The notes under the pieces are model-generated. The model saw only the letters and a list, made by a program, of their open reading frames with translations, was not told the origin of the DNA and did no database searches. Of a stretch of DNA of 64,000 nucleotides, positions 29,401-38,223 are shown one piece after another. The translations under genes were made by a program, and so were the position numbers. The stretch lies in contig CAZKOY010000005.1 of the NCBI GenBank assembly GCA_964554495.1, forward strand, positions 2,926 to 66,925, given 5' to 3'. Numbering within the stretch: position 1 is the first letter of the stretch; each line of letters starts with the position of its first letter. The DNA is from an uncultured Myxococcales bacterium (GTDB lineage: Bacteria; Myxococcota_A; Polyangia; Palsa-1104; JAEUJZ01).

Positions 29401-30277
29401 CGGCGGAGCACTGATCCGCGAGCTTCGCGACCACACCAACCTCGTCAACATGGCCGCGTTTTCCCCCGATGGATCGTTGGTTGCAACGGCCAGCAGCGAC
29501 TACGACGTGCGTCTATGGGATGGGCAGAGCGGTCAGCCGCTGCGGGTCTTGCACGGGCATGCGGGGCCGGTGTTTGCCGTCGCGTTTTCCCCTGACGGCG
29601 ATCGCTTGGTATCGGCGGGCTTCGATCATGTCTTGCGCTTCTGGGATCCCAAGACCGGTGCCCAGACCGCCGAGGTTCCAGGGCACAGCGGCAACGCCAA
29701 CTGGCTGGCGTTTTCACCGGACGGAAAGCTCATGGTCTCGACCGGCAGCGAAGGCGAGACATGGATTCGAGACGGTCGCACGGGGGCCGCGCTTCGCTCG
29801 CTGCGCGGGCACAGCGGACGCGTCAACCGCGCAGAGTTCTTTGTCCCGACGGGCGCTGCGCCAGGCGAGCTTCGCGTCGTCACCGCTTCGAGCGATCGCA
29901 GCGTGCGCATCTGGGATCCTCAGACCGGCAGCGCCCTGAACGTGCTCGCGGGGTTTGCCGACGATGTCACCTCAGTGGCACCGTCGCCCGATGGCCGGCG
30001 TCTCTTGGTGACCAGTGGTGAGCAGGGCGTTCGGCTGTGGGATGTCGCGGCCGAGATGCCGCTCGCCGTTCTGCCCGGCTTTTTTGAAGAGTCGGTCACT
30101 GCCAGCTATGGCATGCCAGACGGGCGGCACTTCATCATCGCCAGCAGCGACGGGCTTACCAAGGTCTATACCGACGATTACCCTGCCAACTTGGCCGGCA
30201 CACTCAGCAACGCCTGCGAGCTTTTGCGTTACCAGCGCGACTTCGAGCGGGTGCGCGAAGACTGTCTCGGCAACTGA
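26480..30277 (+). CDS. STAND-type P-loop NTPase with central hydrophobic segment and 14 WD40 repeats
   Basis: N-terminal NPYRGLRPYGLADADRFHGRR motif, Walker A GPCGSGKTS (26621-26647) and Walker B-like LLFIDHAEE. A hydrophobic helix WPLALGAGLVLVLLGLAA lies at about 27935-27988. It is followed by 5 + 9 WD40 units (GH...WD). Confidence 0.9.
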   Translation: MPDALSNPYRGLRPYGLADADRFHGRRRLTQRVIERLQGGAKKLLLTGPCGSGKTSLIMAGLLPSLGSLSMHGVVIAHPGLDPFEQLARQGLSGAAEDLLGALRAKAGSEKTLLFIDHAEELAAAELGLAQRNLLQQLAQGFGGADRGPEPTVLIAVRTDCLDALSGAAPQLVPWLDAPTVYVPAGLELSEWMAIVREPARAAGRDVEAALISAIGSDLAALTQEVSERGAAVLPHLSFVLHALWQQGQEGSLRCADYQQLGGLRHSLQRWADAAWASLPSHSAARRALLPLLSIVGRSERGLLLARPLSLAAWRLHEATASSSLEATSAAGLAALLDSGLIHIDETQDSVELVHSVLSETWPQLAQMHRDEQRFATWHRSMTTLVLPRPDADGMAARPTSVASSPAPASGQVSSEAAQPAVPASTLSGTQLAEAERWLGERPGEIDGAVRQLIEDCRQNRSSRQQALRSRPPGTLGPLPRPGLPWPLALGAGLVLVLLGLAAQRFVHYRELRGRDFDLATERGARASLLVMQPGQDGTALALAIKAVAPALRAGRPVPLLAKEGLMTAYSLARNSQPLHGHTDRVDSAVFDPSGSLVLTASTDRTARIWDARTGRQLLTFSGHRQMLTSASFSANGQTVLTTSADGTARLWEVSSGRLLHELVGHGVAVENGQFSPNGSAVVTAGHDGAARIWDVQSGRLLHTLAGHRDRVTTATFSRDGRRILTASWDRSARIWDAGSGRLLRVLVGHNARLYLAAFTADGQRVATAGWDQSVRLWNVAEAPTAPDTGPPPLGPDGAQLAETMQVGESPPAVLPHEELIQVLVFSPDGAWLATAGANGMLKLWDARSGTLKAKLGGHYGSVYGLDFASDSKHFVSAGSDRTVRLWNVGVERAVAVLYGHSSHIYTAAFSPSGDRVVTASYDQTARIWDVRAGQPVAILQGHRRGVTSASFSRQGTRIITSSEDHTARLWAWPGGALIRELRDHTNLVNMAAFSPDGSLVATASSDYDVRLWDGQSGQPLRVLHGHAGPVFAVAFSPDGDRLVSAGFDHVLRFWDPKTGAQTAEVPGHSGNANWLAFSPDGKLMVSTGSEGETWIRDGRTGAALRSLRGHSGRVNRAEFFVPTGAAPGELRVVTASSDRSVRIWDPQTGSALNVLAGFADDVTSVAPSPDGRRLLVTSGEQGVRLWDVAAEMPLAVLPGFFEESVTASYGMPDGRHFIIASSDGLTKVYTDDYPANLAGTLSNACELLRYQRDFERVREDCLGN
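28217..30180 (+). repeat. Degenerate tandem coding repeats (14 WD40 units of about 126 nt, split 5 + 9 by an insert at about 28815-28935)
   Basis: Recurrent peptide pattern GH...V.SA.FSPDG..(V/L).TAS.D.TAR(I/L)WD..(S/T)G read directly from the translation. Confidence 0.85.
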
Positions 30278-30297
30278 CCAGCCGGCGGACCCAGAGC

Positions 30298-31593
30298 ATG
30301 GCGACGACTAGCCCCGTGACCGCGATCCCGCCTGTTCCCTTGACGCGAACCGCGCTCACCAAGCGTCTTTCCCGGTCGCTGTGGTACGTGGCCGCGCTGG
30401 CCGTATCGGTCTATCTGGGCTGCGGAGCCCGCCAGCAGCGCGCGACACCAGCCGGCCCAGCGGCGCCGGCAGCCAGCGCTGGATCGGGCTCGCCAGCCTC
30501 GACAAATGCACATCCTGGGATATGCCCTGATGTTCCGAGGATGATTACGCAGGGTTCCGCATCGGAGCGCCCAGGCTGGGCCACGGGTCTGCAAGCCAGG
30601 CCGTGTCCAGGAGATCGCTGCCTCGGCTACCAAAGCTGCCTCTGCGACGACAAGGGTCGCCTGCTCAGCCGAACCTCGCACCATGACGAGACCATGCTGT
30701 TTGATGAGCATGGGCGTCCGTACGAGTCGCGCTTCCCCGACCGCAGCACGGGGCGCACCGTCCACGTGGTCTATTCCTACGCTGGCGACTGCACCGTCGA
30801 GGCCTTCGATCTCGACAGCGATGGCTTGGTCGAGCGCTTCTGCCGCGTGCGCTCGGTCTGCGGGCCTGGCGTCCCATGCCGCGAGTGCGCCGACGTGCAG
30901 GTCGAGCTTTCGTCGCGGCCTTGCTCAGTTGGAGTCTGTCCCGCCAGCTTTTCACGCTGTGGCTGCGACGAAAAGGGCCGCATCATCGAAGCCGTCCGCG
31001 ATGCCGAACACTCGCGCCAGACCACGCGATACGACAGCGCCGGGCGCGTGATCGAGGAGGCGCACTATCGCGCCGGCCAGCGCCTGCTTTTGCAGCAGAC
31101 CGCGTACGACTCGCGCGGGCGTGTCGTTGAGCAGCGCGTGATCCCACAGGGCCCGCAGACGCGGACGCAGATCGAGTGGCACGACGATGGCTCACGGCGT
31201 GAGGTGGTGTATCTCGATGACAAGCCACAGCGCGAGACCCGCGTCGACCTGTCCCAGCCAGGGCGAGAAACGGTCACGATCAGCGACGCCACGGGGACGC
31301 ACACCCAGACGACACTGCTGCGGCGCGACGGCGGCAGGACGCTGCGAATCCCGCTTTCGCCACCTGCGACTGAAGACTGGCTCGTTTGCCGTGAGCAAAA
31401 AGACTGCCGCGTCGTCATCGATCGCTGTCACTGCGACGCGGCCTGGATCGTAGGTCACCGCTTCGAACTGCGTCTGCGCCAGCACGTTGAACGCACGTGT
31501 CAGCAGCAGCAAGCTCCGATCCCCTGTCCAACGGTGGTCTATCCGGTACCGGTGCCGCGCTGTGTGCAGGGCCTGTGCGCGGCTGGGAACTAA
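30298..31593 (+). CDS. Cys-rich lipoprotein with YD/RHS-type repeats
   Basis: Lipobox SVYLGCG. YD-repeat cores TTRYDSAGRVIEE and QTAYDSRGRVVEQ. A duplicated C.CD(D/E)KGR(L/I) module is present. It lies 20 nt downstream of the STAND-WD40 gene. Confidence 0.65.
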   Translation: MATTSPVTAIPPVPLTRTALTKRLSRSLWYVAALAVSVYLGCGARQQRATPAGPAAPAASAGSGSPASTNAHPGICPDVPRMITQGSASERPGWATGLQARPCPGDRCLGYQSCLCDDKGRLLSRTSHHDETMLFDEHGRPYESRFPDRSTGRTVHVVYSYAGDCTVEAFDLDSDGLVERFCRVRSVCGPGVPCRECADVQVELSSRPCSVGVCPASFSRCGCDEKGRIIEAVRDAEHSRQTTRYDSAGRVIEEAHYRAGQRLLLQQTAYDSRGRVVEQRVIPQGPQTRTQIEWHDDGSRREVVYLDDKPQRETRVDLSQPGRETVTISDATGTHTQTTLLRRDGGRTLRIPLSPPATEDWLVCREQKDCRVVIDRCHCDAAWIVGHRFELRLRQHVERTCQQQQAPIPCPTVVYPVPVPRCVQGLCAAGN

Positions 31594-31620
31594 GACACGG
31601 AACGAAGCAGTGGATCGTCG

Positions 31621-32118
31621 CTAGCCCAGCGCGGCCAGCGCAGCGTCGTAGTTCGGCTCTTGCGCGATCTCTGGCACAAGCTCGCGATACACGACCTGGT
31701 TGTTTTCATCGACCACCACCACGGCGCGGGCGCAAAGACCGGCCAGCGGTCCGCCCGCGATCGTGAGGCCGTAGTCGTTGGCGAAGCTGCCGCGAAATGT
31801 CGAGAGGCTCTCGACGTTCTCGATCCCTTCGGCTGCACAGAAGCGCTTGTGCGCAAACGGCAGGTCGGCCGAGATGTTGAGCACGACGACGCCACCGCGC
31901 CCAGCCGCCTTCTTGTTGAACGTCCGCACCGACGCCGCACAGACCGGAGTATCGACGCTGGGAAAGATGTTCAGGACCTTCTTTTTGTTGCCATACGTGC
32001 TCAGGTTCACGAGCGCCATGTCCGTGCGCACCAGCTGGAAATTTGGTGCGCTGCTGCCGACGGCAGGAAGCTCTCCCGACGTCGGGATGGGGTTGCCCTT
32101 GAGCGTGATTGTCGCCAT
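31621..32118 (-). CDS. tpx: Thiol peroxidase (atypical 2-Cys peroxiredoxin)
   Basis: ATG at 32118 with AGGAGA upstream. The sequence MATITLKGNPIPTSGELPAVGSSAPNFQLV...NIFPSVDTPVCAASVRTFN...DLPFAHKRFCAAEG is a full-length Tpx pattern. Confidence 0.93.
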   Translation of the reverse strand: MATITLKGNPIPTSGELPAVGSSAPNFQLVRTDMALVNLSTYGNKKKVLNIFPSVDTPVCAASVRTFNKKAAGRGGVVVLNISADLPFAHKRFCAAEGIENVESLSTFRGSFANDYGLTIAGGPLAGLCARAVVVVDENNQVVYRELVPEIAQEPNYDAALAALG

Positions 32119-32188
32119 AGAAAGCGTCTCCTTTTTTTGGCCTAGCGAGAGTTTGTTGAGGCGGAAAAGCGCCGCAGTCTTATCACAG

Positions 32189-33775
32189 TCACGGTGCTTG
32201 CTTGTTGGACACGGGCTTGGATGCCGTCGCGTCCGCGGATGATGTCGGCACGGATGAAAATTCCTTGGCCAGCCGCGAGAGTTCCTGTTCATCGGATCGC
32301 GCCAGCGCCGAGTTTGCTGCGGTCAAGCTGGCGGCCACGATGTTGGCGATCTTGCCGCGCAGTGGACTTGATGAGCCGCGGCCCCTTGGGTGGATGCGAT
32401 TCGTCAGCACGATGATGGCGATCTGCTCGTCGGGGACAAGCCACAACGAACCGCCGCTCCAGCCGGTGTGTCCGAAGCCGCTGGAAAACAGATCGCCGCG
32501 TGGTGTTGACCAGCTTGTGCGGATGTCCCAGCCATAGCCGCGCAGCTCTCCGCTTGCGAGCTGGGCCTGATCGTGGCTCATTGCTGCCACGCTTAGCGGG
32601 GACAGAATGCGCTTGCCTTCATGCTGGCCTCCCGCGAGCAGCATCTGGCAGAACACCGCCAGATCCGCGGCGCTGGAAAACAGCCCCGCATGGCCCGCCA
32701 CACCCGACAGCATCGCCACGTTCTGCAGCGACGCTTCGGTGCGCAGCATGCGTCGGGCCCGACGGCGCGGCGACTTGAACAGCTGAAGCCCGGTCCAGAT
32801 CGTCGGAGCAATGCGGTCAGCCCACGTGCGTGGCGGGCGAAAGCGCGTGTCGTGCATGGACAGCGGCTCGAAGAGCTCGCGGGCCACAAACTCATCGAGG
32901 CCCATGCCGCTGACCCGCTCGACGATCTCGCCCAATAGAATGAAGTTGAGGTCGCTATAGAAAAACGCGCTGCCCGGCGCAAACAGCAGCGGCCGACCAA
33001 AAATCGCCGCTACAAGCTGCCTGCGCACCGTCGGGCGATCGAAGTCCATCTGACGATCCGCGCCGAGCGCAGAAAAGAACGAGGTCGATGGATCGTCGAG
33101 ACCCGAGGTATGCGTCAGCAAGTGGCGCAGCGTGATGGCCTCGCGATCGCCGAGCGCGTTCTTGTCAGCGTTCTTGTCAGCGGTGCTGCAGCCGTGGCGG
33201 GCCGACGCGTCCGCTCGCTTGTTGGGCCCGACGCGCTCAGCACGTTCCTGACGCCACTCGGGCAGGTACACCGAGACCCGATCAGAGAGCCGCAGCCGCC
33301 CCTGTTCGACCAGACGCAGGACGGCCGGCGTTGTTGCCACCACCTTGGTCAGCGAGGCTAGGTCGTACAGCGTGTCGAGCGTGGCTCGCTCGCGCTGTGG
33401 CTCTAGCGCTCGCCGTCCGTAGGCCTTGCCAAAGACGATGTGCCCGCGGCGCGTGATCAGCACGACGCCTCCGGGCGTTTCGTGTGCGGAAATGGCCTCG
33501 CGCATGACGTCGTCGATGCGCGTCAAGACCGCGGCATCCATGCCAACACCTGCTGGCTCGGCGTGAGGCAGCCCGGCATGCACCGTCGCGCAGAAGCCAG
33601 GACTGATCAGGATCAGTAGCCCCAGCAGTGCGGCCAGACAGACGTCGCGGATTGGCACGCCTGCGATCGTGCCACGCCAACGGCCCGCAAGGTGCGTCGC
33701 GCGCTGCTTCACGCCGGCTGCCGCGGGAATTGTGGAAATAACTTCCGTGTCGTATGCGCTATGGTCTGGTCGCAC
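32189..33775 (-). CDS. Serine hydrolase (class C beta-lactamase/esterase family)
   Basis: SxxK (ASLTKVV), YSD (FFYSDLNF) and HTG (GFGHTGWSG) motifs. The start is uncertain: the GTG at 33658 would give a cleaner signal peptide. Confidence 0.85.
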   Translation of the reverse strand: MRPDHSAYDTEVISTIPAAAGVKQRATHLAGRWRGTIAGVPIRDVCLAALLGLLILISPGFCATVHAGLPHAEPAGVGMDAAVLTRIDDVMREAISAHETPGGVVLITRRGHIVFGKAYGRRALEPQRERATLDTLYDLASLTKVVATTPAVLRLVEQGRLRLSDRVSVYLPEWRQERAERVGPNKRADASARHGCSTADKNADKNALGDREAITLRHLLTHTSGLDDPSTSFFSALGADRQMDFDRPTVRRQLVAAIFGRPLLFAPGSAFFYSDLNFILLGEIVERVSGMGLDEFVARELFEPLSMHDTRFRPPRTWADRIAPTIWTGLQLFKSPRRRARRMLRTEASLQNVAMLSGVAGHAGLFSSAADLAVFCQMLLAGGQHEGKRILSPLSVAAMSHDQAQLASGELRGYGWDIRTSWSTPRGDLFSSGFGHTGWSGGSLWLVPDEQIAIIVLTNRIHPRGRGSSSPLRGKIANIVAASLTAANSALARSDEQELSRLAKEFSSVPTSSADATASKPVSNKQAP

Positions 33776-33900
33776 TGCGGATCACTGTCAGCAATGGGTC
33801 ATCGAATCCCGCGCGCTGCCTACTCACTCGACGCAGCCACCGACTCTTTTTGGCGTCGCATCCAGCGAGCCAACGAACCCCGCATTGAGCACAGAAAGGA

Positions 33901-35883
33901 ATGAATCGCATGTCGCAATCGACCAGTCTGCCTATCACATCGCCGAGCCGGTGTTCATCGCCGACCCGCGCGGGCCTGCTTTCGATCGCCCTTTTGTGTG
34001 GCGTGTCGTCGGCGCAGGCCACCATCGTCGGTGAGGGGCAGCCTTCGCCACCGGACAAGAAGCCGCCGCAGATTCCGTTGCGTGATTTTTTCCGCAACCC
34101 TGAGATCGCGGGTGTCGCGCTGTCAGACGATGGCAAGTGGATCTCGCATCTCGCGCCGCATGAAAAGCGCCTGAACATCTTTGTGCGTCCGATTGATGCG
34201 CCGCTTTCGGCCGCGACGCGCATCACCAACGAAACCGCGCGAGATCTGGCCGGCTATTTTTGGAAGGGCAACGACACGCTGGTCTATGTGAAGGACTTCG
34301 GCGGTGACGAGAACTTTCACTTGGTCAGCGTTAGCCGCGACGGCAAGACGCTGAAAGATCTGACGCCGTTTCCCAAGGTTCGGGCCGAGATCATCGACGA
34401 CCTGCCCGACGATCCAGACACGGTGCTGGTTGGCTTGAACAAGCGCAAGCCTGAGGTCTTCGATGTCTATCGCGTGCGCGTCAAGACTGGCGAGCTGACC
34501 TTGGTCGCCGAGAATCCAGGCAACATCACGAGCTGGTACGCCGACCACAAGGGACAGGTCCGCTTGGCTGGCACCACCGACGGTGTAAACACCAGCTTGC
34601 TGTTTCGCGCGACCCCGAAAGCGGCGTGGAAAAAAGTCCTGACCACGTCATTCAAAGACCAAGTGGCACCGATGTTCTTCAGCTTCGACAACGCCAAGGT
34701 GTATGCGACGTCGAACCTTGGCCGCGACAAGTCGGCGGTTGTACTGCTTGATCCAGCGACGATGAAGGAAGAAAAAGTCCTGTTCGAGCATCCCGAAGTC
34801 GACATCGACAGCTTGGGATACTGGCGTCAGCGCAAGGTGGTCTCGTGCGCAACGTTTACGACATGGAAGCGTGAACGCAACTGCTTCGATCCCGACACCA
34901 AGACTCTGTTTGGCAAGCTGGAACAGAAGCTGCCAGGGTACGAAATCGACATCAACGCGACGAACAAAGCCGAGGATCTTTTGGTCGTGCGTACGCGCAG
35001 CGACCGCACGCGCGGAAGCTTTTGGCTGTATGACACCAAGGCTGACAAGCTGACCAAGGTCGCTGACTCTGCACCCTGGCTCGACGAGAAGCAGCTCGCC
35101 CAGATGAAGCCGATCAGTTACAAGTCGCGCGATGGCTTGGTGATCAACGGCTATCTGACGCTGCCCAAGGGCGTCGCGCCCAAGGCGCTGCCCGTCGTCG
35201 TCAATCCGCACGGTGGACCGTGGCATCGCGATGAATGGCGCTACAACGCCGAGGTGCAGTTCCTGGCCAATCGTGGCTATGCCGTGATGCAGATGAACTT
35301 CCGCGGCTCGACGGGATATGGCCGCAAGTTCTGGGAATCGTCGTTCAAAGAGTGGGGCGGCAAAATGCAGGACGATGTCAGCGACGGTGTGAAATACCTG
35401 ATCGAGCAGGGCATCGCCGATGCCAAGCGCGTGGCGATCTATGGCGGCAGCTATGGCGGCTATGCGACGCTGGCCGGCCTGGCCTTTTCGCCCGATCTGT
35501 ACGCCTGCGGCATTGACTACGTTGGTGTGTCCAACCTGTTCACGTTCATGAAGACCGTTCCGCCGTACTGGAAGCCGATGCTGGAAATGATGTACGCGAT
35601 GGTTGGTCACCCGGAAAAAGAGAAGGACTTGTTGACTGCGCGATCACCGGTCATGCACGTCGACAAGATGCGAGCACCGCTTTTGATCGCACAGGGTCGA
35701 AATGATCCGCGAGTCAACGTCGATGAGTCCGATCAGATGGTCGCGGCGCTGAAGAAGCGGGGCATCGATGTGCCGTATCTGGTCAAAGACAACGAAGGCC
35801 ACGGCTTCCACAACGAAGAGAACCGCTTCGAGTTCTATGAGGCCATGGAGAAGTTCCTGGCCAAGCACATGAGCAAGAAGTAG
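33901..35883 (+). CDS. S9 family serine peptidase (prolyl oligopeptidase/dipeptidyl aminopeptidase-like)
   Basis: Signal peptide and an N-terminal propeller region. The catalytic domain has HGGPW, GGSYGGYATL (GxSxG), QGRNDPRV and DNEGHGF. Confidence 0.9.
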   Translation: MNRMSQSTSLPITSPSRCSSPTRAGLLSIALLCGVSSAQATIVGEGQPSPPDKKPPQIPLRDFFRNPEIAGVALSDDGKWISHLAPHEKRLNIFVRPIDAPLSAATRITNETARDLAGYFWKGNDTLVYVKDFGGDENFHLVSVSRDGKTLKDLTPFPKVRAEIIDDLPDDPDTVLVGLNKRKPEVFDVYRVRVKTGELTLVAENPGNITSWYADHKGQVRLAGTTDGVNTSLLFRATPKAAWKKVLTTSFKDQVAPMFFSFDNAKVYATSNLGRDKSAVVLLDPATMKEEKVLFEHPEVDIDSLGYWRQRKVVSCATFTTWKRERNCFDPDTKTLFGKLEQKLPGYEIDINATNKAEDLLVVRTRSDRTRGSFWLYDTKADKLTKVADSAPWLDEKQLAQMKPISYKSRDGLVINGYLTLPKGVAPKALPVVVNPHGGPWHRDEWRYNAEVQFLANRGYAVMQMNFRGSTGYGRKFWESSFKEWGGKMQDDVSDGVKYLIEQGIADAKRVAIYGGSYGGYATLAGLAFSPDLYACGIDYVGVSNLFTFMKTVPPYWKPMLEMMYAMVGHPEKEKDLLTARSPVMHVDKMRAPLLIAQGRNDPRVNVDESDQMVAALKKRGIDVPYLVKDNEGHGFHNEENRFEFYEAMEKFLAKHMSKK

Positions 35884-35885
35884 GC

Positions 35886-37076
35886 ATGCTGCGACTGCTT
35901 ACGGCGGGAGAGTCGCACGGCCCCTGCCTGACCGGAATACTCGACGGACTGCCGGCCGGCATCCCGCTTTCGTCCCGCGACATCGACGCGCAGCTTGCCC
36001 GCAGACAGCGCGGTGTCGGCCGCGGCAGTCGCATGAAGATCGAACACGATCACGCCCAGATCACCGGGGGGGTGCTTTCTGGGCAGACGACCGGGGCACC
36101 GCTTGCTTTGCGTATCGACAACCTCGATCACAGCCGCTGGCGCGAGGACATTCCCCCGCTGACGGTGCCGCGGCCTGGGCATGCCGACTTGGTGGGGGCG
36201 ATCAAGTACGGCTATCGCGACCTGCGGCGCTCGCTTGAGCGGGCCTCGGCGCGTGAGACTGCGATGCGCGTTGCTCTGTCAGTGCCGTGCCGCTTGCTGC
36301 TGCAGCACCTGAGCGTCTCCGTCGGTGGGTATGTCGTGCAAATAGGCGATGTGCGCGTGCCAGAGCAGCAGCCTCTCGAATCCAGTACAGCGAACGATGT
36401 ACTGCTAAAGCGGATTCTGTCTGCTGAAACGTCCGCTGTCCGTTGTTTCGAACCTGCGACTGCTGCGCAAATGGAAGCGTGCATCGAGCAGTGCATGCAA
36501 GAGCGAAACACCATCGGCGGCGTCATCGAAGCAGTGGCCGTGGGGCTGCCACCGGGGCTCGGCAGCTTTGTGCAGCCGGATCGCCGACTGTCCTCTCGCT
36601 TAGCCCAGGCCATGCTGTCGATTCCATCGGTGCGCGGCTTTGAGATCGGATCGGGCTTTGCCAGTGCGGCCATGCTGGGCACTCAAGCGCAGGACCCCTA
36701 TTTTCTAGACGGCGAGACCATCGTCGCCACGGGGCAACACAGCGGGGGGCTGGAAGGCGGCGTCACAACCGGGGCGCCGCTGCGACTGCGTGTGGCCTTG
36801 AAGCCCATCGCGACGACGCTTCGCTCGCAGGACTCGGTCGACCTGGCAACGGGGCAAGCCGCCCCGACGCGGTACGAGCGCAGCGACTTCTGCCACGTGC
36901 CGCGCGCAGTTCCCATCGTTGAAGCTCTGCTGTGCATCGTGCTCGCCGATGCGTTGTGCGAAAAGCTGGGTGGCGACGCCCTGGTCGAAATGCAGGCGCG
37001 ATGTGCCAGCCTGCGCGCCGCGCGGCTGTCGCAGCTTCCCATGGACAATCAGCCCTGGCGGTTTGGCTATGAGTAG
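35886..37076 (+). CDS. aroC: Chorismate synthase
   Basis: MLRLLTAGESHGPCLTGILDGLPAGIPL, RPGHADL and SARETA are signature regions. Confidence 0.93.
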   Translation: MLRLLTAGESHGPCLTGILDGLPAGIPLSSRDIDAQLARRQRGVGRGSRMKIEHDHAQITGGVLSGQTTGAPLALRIDNLDHSRWREDIPPLTVPRPGHADLVGAIKYGYRDLRRSLERASARETAMRVALSVPCRLLLQHLSVSVGGYVVQIGDVRVPEQQPLESSTANDVLLKRILSAETSAVRCFEPATAAQMEACIEQCMQERNTIGGVIEAVAVGLPPGLGSFVQPDRRLSSRLAQAMLSIPSVRGFEIGSGFASAAMLGTQAQDPYFLDGETIVATGQHSGGLEGGVTTGAPLRLRVALKPIATTLRSQDSVDLATGQAAPTRYERSDFCHVPRAVPIVEALLCIVLADALCEKLGGDALVEMQARCASLRAARLSQLPMDNQPWRFGYE

Positions 37077-38223
37077 CCGGCCAGAGCCGCACGAGACGCT
37101 GGCCGTCGAGTATCCCGGCGGATCCTATTCGGTTCTGGTGGGCAGCGGTTTCTTGCAGCGACTCGGGGCACTCGTGCGCTCACACGGCGCCGCCATCGCC
37201 GATCGTCTTCTGCTTGTCAGCGACGAAAATGTCGCGCCGCTGTATGCCGATCTGGTTCTGCGCAGCCTGCAGTCTGCGGGCTTCGACGCCAGCCTCTTCG
37301 TCTTGCCGGCGGGCGAAGGCAGCAAGCAGCTATGCCAGCTTGGCGACGTGTACCAGGCCTGCGTGCAGCGTGGTCTCGATCGGCAATCCGCCATCTTGGC
37401 TCTCGGCGGAGGCGTGGTCGGCGATGTCGCGGGCTTTGCCGCTGCGACGTTTCTGCGCGGCCTGCCCCTTGTCCAGATCCCGACGACATTGCTGGCCATG
37501 GTTGATTCCAGCATTGGCGGCAAAGTCGGTGTGGATCTGCCCCAGGGCAAGAACTTGGTCGGTGCCTTCAAACAGCCGCTTTCCGTGTTCGTCGATATGG
37601 CCTGCCTGTCATCGCTGCCACCGCGTCAGCTTCGCGCGGGAGCCGCCGAGATCGTAAAAGCTGCACTGCTGTCCGGGGACGACGATCTAGCGGACGTCGA
37701 ACGGCTCGCGCACAGCGTCGGGGAACACGGCTGGATCAGTGATGAGACCAGCCCGCTGCTCTTGCGCACAGTACGCGCCGCGCTGCTGTGCAAGCGTGAC
37801 ATTGTCGTCGCCGATCCGTTTGAGCATGGCCCGCGCGCCCTGCTGAACTTGGGGCATACGTTTGCGCACGCCATCGAGGTGTGGAGCCGCTATGAGATCC
37901 CGCATGGCGAAGCCGTAGCGTTAGGGATTCTGTGTGCGCTTCGGCTGTCTCATGCGCGCGGGCTGTGCCAGCCATCGCTGGTGACGCGGATCCATGGGCT
38001 GCTGGATCGCCTGCGACTGCCGGTGAAGCTGCCACGTGCCAGTCTGTGCGCGCACGAGATCCTGGCCTGCATGCAGACCGACAAGAAGCGCAAGGGCACG
38101 ACGCTGCGTTTCATCCTGCTGCGCCAGCCCGGCGCCGCATTCATCGAGGACAGCGTTGGCGAGGCTGAGGTTCTAGCCGTCATTCGAGCGCTCGATCCCG
38201 ACCTCAGTTCGGATCACGCATGA
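37069..38223 (+). CDS. aroB: 3-dehydroquinate synthase
   Basis: ATG at 37069 overlaps the aroC stop by 8 nt. It has GGGVVGDVAGFAAATFLRG, PTTLLAMVDSSIGGK and GHTFAHAIE motifs. Confidence 0.9.
   Translation: MSSRPEPHETLAVEYPGGSYSVLVGSGFLQRLGALVRSHGAAIADRLLLVSDENVAPLYADLVLRSLQSAGFDASLFVLPAGEGSKQLCQLGDVYQACVQRGLDRQSAILALGGGVVGDVAGFAAATFLRGLPLVQIPTTLLAMVDSSIGGKVGVDLPQGKNLVGAFKQPLSVFVDMACLSSLPPRQLRAGAAEIVKAALLSGDDDLADVERLAHSVGEHGWISDETSPLLLRTVRAALLCKRDIVVADPFEHGPRALLNLGHTFAHAIEVWSRYEIPHGEAVALGILCALRLSHARGLCQPSLVTRIHGLLDRLRLPVKLPRASLCAHEILACMQTDKKRKGTTLRFILLRQPGAAFIEDSVGEAEVLAVIRALDPDLSSDHA

Noticed and set aside
28217-30180. Periodic roughly 126-nt repetition that might be mistaken for a CRISPR or other repeat array.
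   Set aside because: The repeats are degenerate and in-frame. They translate to canonical WD40 units inside one long ORF. There is no repeat/spacer structure.
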